A stretch of 64,000 nt of DNA from an uncultured Candidatus Rokubacteria bacterium (lineage in GTDB: Bacteria > Methylomirabilota > Methylomirabilia > Rokubacteriales > DASRDR01): positions 96,001 to 160,000 of the forward strand of contig CAVPSB010000031.1 in NCBI GenBank assembly GCA_963708025.1, given 5' to 3'. Both the position numbers and the translations under genes were made by a program. Below are positions 61,404 to 64,000 of the stretch, piece by piece. The notes beneath the pieces are model-generated. The model searched no databases. It was given only the letters and a program-made list of their open reading frames with translations, and was not told the DNA's origin. The stretch's first letter is position 1. Every line of letters starts with the position of its first letter.

Positions 61404-62035
61404 CTACCCGGTGAAGCGGCAGACGGGCGGGGACGGCGGATTGGCCGCGGGGTGCAGGACTCCGATCGCCCAGTGGAGGTCGAGCCGCTCCCCGAACCAG
61501 TCCGGGCACCCCGTCCGCGCGTCGATCGCCAGGCCGTTCGTGCGGTTGGTCGCGACGAGGACCTGCATCGGGTCGGGCGGCACTGCCGGGGGCGCCGGGA
61601 CCTCGGGGATTGGCCAGCCGTTCGGGGTGCGGAAGTGTAGCGTGCCCTCGGCGTCACGCTCGATCTGATAGCCCTCCTCGTGCACGGCGCGGTGATGGAA
61701 CCCGCACACCAGCGCGAGGTTGTCCAGCCGGGTCGGGCCCCCGTTCGCCCAGTGATGAAGATGGTGCCCCTGGGTGTGGCGCACCCCGCAGCCCGGGAAC
61801 CGGCACCCCCGGTCCCGCGCCTGCAGCGCTCGTCGCAATGCCGGCGGAATCGTCCGCGTCCGCCGCCCCACGTCGAGCACCTGCCCGTCCCCCGCGTGGC
61901 GGAGGATGACCCGGGTCGCGTCACAGGCCAGCCGCCGGGACGTCTCCGCGGAAACGTGCACGCCGTCCTCGAGCGCCGACTGCCCCGGCTGCTCGGGGTC
62001 GGCCAGCGCGGCGGCGTACGTGGACGACGATCACT
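61404..62035 (-). pseudogene. C-terminal fragment of a DUF222/HNH endonuclease
   Basis: RRLACDA, RDRGCRFPGC, HHLHHWANGGPT..NL..C.FHHRAVH; N-terminal part absent. Confidence 0.8.
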
Positions 62036-62079
62036 GGACGCGATGCCGGGCCGTTTGCCGTCGCGCGCCGCGGTGTGCG

Positions 62080-62769
62080 ATGGTGGCCGGCGTGACGCTC
62101 CTGGCCATCCTCCGGCGCGAGCTGCGCCGGGTCGCCGACCCCGCCAAGGCGCCGGCGATGCAGGCCTACATGAAGTCGGCGATGCCGTACCACGGCGTGT
62201 CGGCTCCCGTCCTGCGGGACGTCTGCCGCCGGGTGTTCGCCGGACACGACCTCTCCGATCCGACCCGCTGGCGGCGCGACGCGCTGGCCCTCTGGCGCCA
62301 GGCGCGCTACCGCGAGGAGCGGTACGGCGCCATCGCCCTCACCGGCGACCGGCGGGCCGTGCCCTTCCAGACGCTCGAGACGCTGGCCATGTACGAGGAG
62401 ATGATCGTCACCGGCGCCTGGTGGGACTACGTGGACGACGTCGCCACCCACCGGCTGGGCCTGCTGCTCCGGCGCTACCCGTCCCGGATGAAGCGGGTCA
62501 TGCGCGTCTGGAGCCGGTCGCCCGACATGTGGAAGCGCCGGAGCGCCATCCTCTGCCAGATCACCTTCAAGGCTGCCACCGACCTGGAGCTGCTCTACGC
62601 CTGCATCGAGCCGTCACTGCCGTCCCGCGAGTTCTTCCTCCGCAAGGCGATCGGCTGGGCGCTGCGCCAGTACGCCTGGACGGATCCCCGTGAAGTGGTC
62701 CGCTACGTGCGGGCCCACCGAGCAGAGCTGAGCCCGCTCAGCCGGCGCGAGGCACTGAAGAACGTCTGA
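62080..62769 (+). CDS. DNA alkylation repair protein (AlkD-like)
   Basis: AYMKS, YREERY, WWDYVD, EFFLRKAIGWALRQY, LS.REALK. Confidence 0.88.
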   Translation: MVAGVTLLAILRRELRRVADPAKAPAMQAYMKSAMPYHGVSAPVLRDVCRRVFAGHDLSDPTRWRRDALALWRQARYREERYGAIALTGDRRAVPFQTLETLAMYEEMIVTGAWWDYVDDVATHRLGLLLRRYPSRMKRVMRVWSRSPDMWKRRSAILCQITFKAATDLELLYACIEPSLPSREFFLRKAIGWALRQYAWTDPREVVRYVRAHRAELSPLSRREALKNV

Positions 62770-62779
62770 CGGCCCGCCT

Positions 62780-63526
62780 TCAGTGCGCGGACTGGGGATG
62801 CTCCGGGATGCTTCGAAACCGTCGCTCGTAGTCGTTGGCCAGCGCGCGGAGGGCGGTGGCCCCGTCACCGGCGAAGGACGAGCCGTGCATCAAGGCGAGC
62901 GTGCGCGGGCGGAGCTCGGCCAGCCGGCGGATCGTGGGCGCGGTGTCGGGGGTGAGGCAGGAGGCCCGGAACATGTCCTCGGCGGCCCCGGCCGGTCCGA
63001 CGACATCGTCGTGGGTCAAGGGCGGCCCATCGCCCACGTGGGTGAAGAGATCGCCGCAGAGCAGGGTCCCGGTCGTCTCCTCGTAAAGGACCCGCGCCTC
63101 CCAGGCGTGGGGCACGTGGGGCGTGTCGAGGTGGCGGACGCGCTTGCCGCCGAGGTCGATGACCTCACCGTCGGCCAGGGCTCGGGGCGCCCGATCGGCG
63201 AGATCGTTGAGCGACACCATGCAGCCGACGACGCCGTGGGCGACCTGAGCGCGGGGCGCGGCGGCCAGCCACTGGTTCATCGACCCGCACTCGTCGGCCT
63301 CGACGTGGCCGAAGGTGATCCACCGCAGACGCTCCAGGGGCACGACCCTGGCCGCCGCTGCCGACACGGACGCGAAGAGGCTGCGCAGGCCGCAGTGGAA
63401 GAGCAGCGGGTCGTCGGCGAGGACGAGGAACTGATTGAAGGTGAAGCCGGCGGGGGCGGCGATCTCCGGCACGAACGTGGAGAGGCGATAGATGCCGCCG
63501 GCGATCTCGGCCACTCTGGTTTCCAT
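62780..63526 (-). CDS. MBL-fold protein (FprA/flavodiiron-like N-terminal domain)
   Basis: FNQFL, GHVEADECG, TPHVPH, CGDLF, MHGS. Confidence 0.85.
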   Translation of the reverse strand: METRVAEIAGGIYRLSTFVPEIAAPAGFTFNQFLVLADDPLLFHCGLRSLFASVSAAAARVVPLERLRWITFGHVEADECGSMNQWLAAAPRAQVAHGVVGCMVSLNDLADRAPRALADGEVIDLGGKRVRHLDTPHVPHAWEARVLYEETTGTLLCGDLFTHVGDGPPLTHDDVVGPAGAAEDMFRASCLTPDTAPTIRRLAELRPRTLALMHGSSFAGDGATALRALANDYERRFRSIPEHPQSAH

Positions 63527-63596
63527 CGTGCGCTGTTCCTTTCCGTCTAGCCAGGGGCGGGGTCCGCCGGGATGAGGAACTTGAGCCCCCTCCCTC

Positions 63597-64000
63597 CTAC
63601 AGGTGCACGCCCTTCATCTGGGGCTCGGGGTAGCGGGAGCCGGCGGCCGCCCCGGGCGGCATCGCCTCGTCGATCCGCTGGACGTCGCCGGGGTCCAGCC
63701 GGACGTCGAGGGCGCCCACGTTCTCATCGAGGTGCGCCCGCCGCTTGCTGCCGGGGATCGGGACGATGTCCTCGCCCCGGGCCAGGAGCCAGGCCAGGGC
63801 GAGCTGGGCGGGCCGGACGCCCTTTTCTTTGGCCATCTCCTCGATCCGCGCGACGAGCCGGGCGTTGTGCTCCAGGTTCTGCGCCTGGAAGCGGGGATGC
63901 TGGTGACGCCGGTCGCCTTCCGGGATGTCGGCCGCGGTGTGGACGGTCCCGGTCAGGAAGCTGCGTCCCAGCGGCGAGTAGGCGAAGAAGGTGATGCCCA
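63597..64000 (-). CDS. Aldo/keto reductase (5' part outside window)
   Basis: AYSPLGR, PRFQ..N, AQLALAWLL, IVPIPGS. Confidence 0.9.
   Translation of the reverse strand, partial: GITFFAYSPLGRSFLTGTVHTAADIPEGDRRHQHPRFQAQNLEHNARLVARIEEMAKEKGVRPAQLALAWLLARGEDIVPIPGSKRRAHLDENVGALDVRLDPGDVQRIDEAMPPGAAAGSRYPEPQMKGVHL

Noticed and set aside
60062-61924. 620-aa extended CinA
   Set aside because: The N-terminal 197 aa are an alternative frame of the HNH remnant; the family start MRIEII is at 61333
61404-62035. Active HNH homing or mobile element
   Set aside because: 5' region missing and no element ends identifiable

Overview
Very GC-rich bacterial chromosome segment. Gene style resembles soil Methylomirabilota/Rokubacteria-type genomes, but this is a weak inference. 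Many genes carry single-base frameshifts, probably largely sequencing or assembly indels. Contents in order: the end of a sugar ABC/PfkB operon; amidohydrolases and oxidoreductases; a convergent redox/glycosyl cluster (radical SAM, nucleoside hydrolase, lipoprotein, rhodanese, DUF3047 >< DUF547, MauE/DoxX, TIGR04283-like glycosyltransferase, two TVP38/VTT proteins, MerA-like flavoprotein); a TRAP transporter with an alpha-hydroxy-acid oxidase; and several small lower-GC toxin-antitoxin-like cassettes (vapBC, orphan MNT, DUF5678 plus retropepsin, a cryptic ART-like pair). It also holds a duplicated module of Tat cholesterol-oxidase-like enzyme, MITE-like element, collagen/RCC1-repeat surface protein with hypervariable codons, small protein and divergent SARP(BTAD)-STAND-TPR regulator. 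A DsbA/FrnE-family gene has an in-frame UGA at its catalytic Cys followed by a SECIS-like hairpin, so it is a probable selenoprotein. No rRNA, tRNA, CRISPR array, integrase, transposase or reverse transcriptase was recognised.
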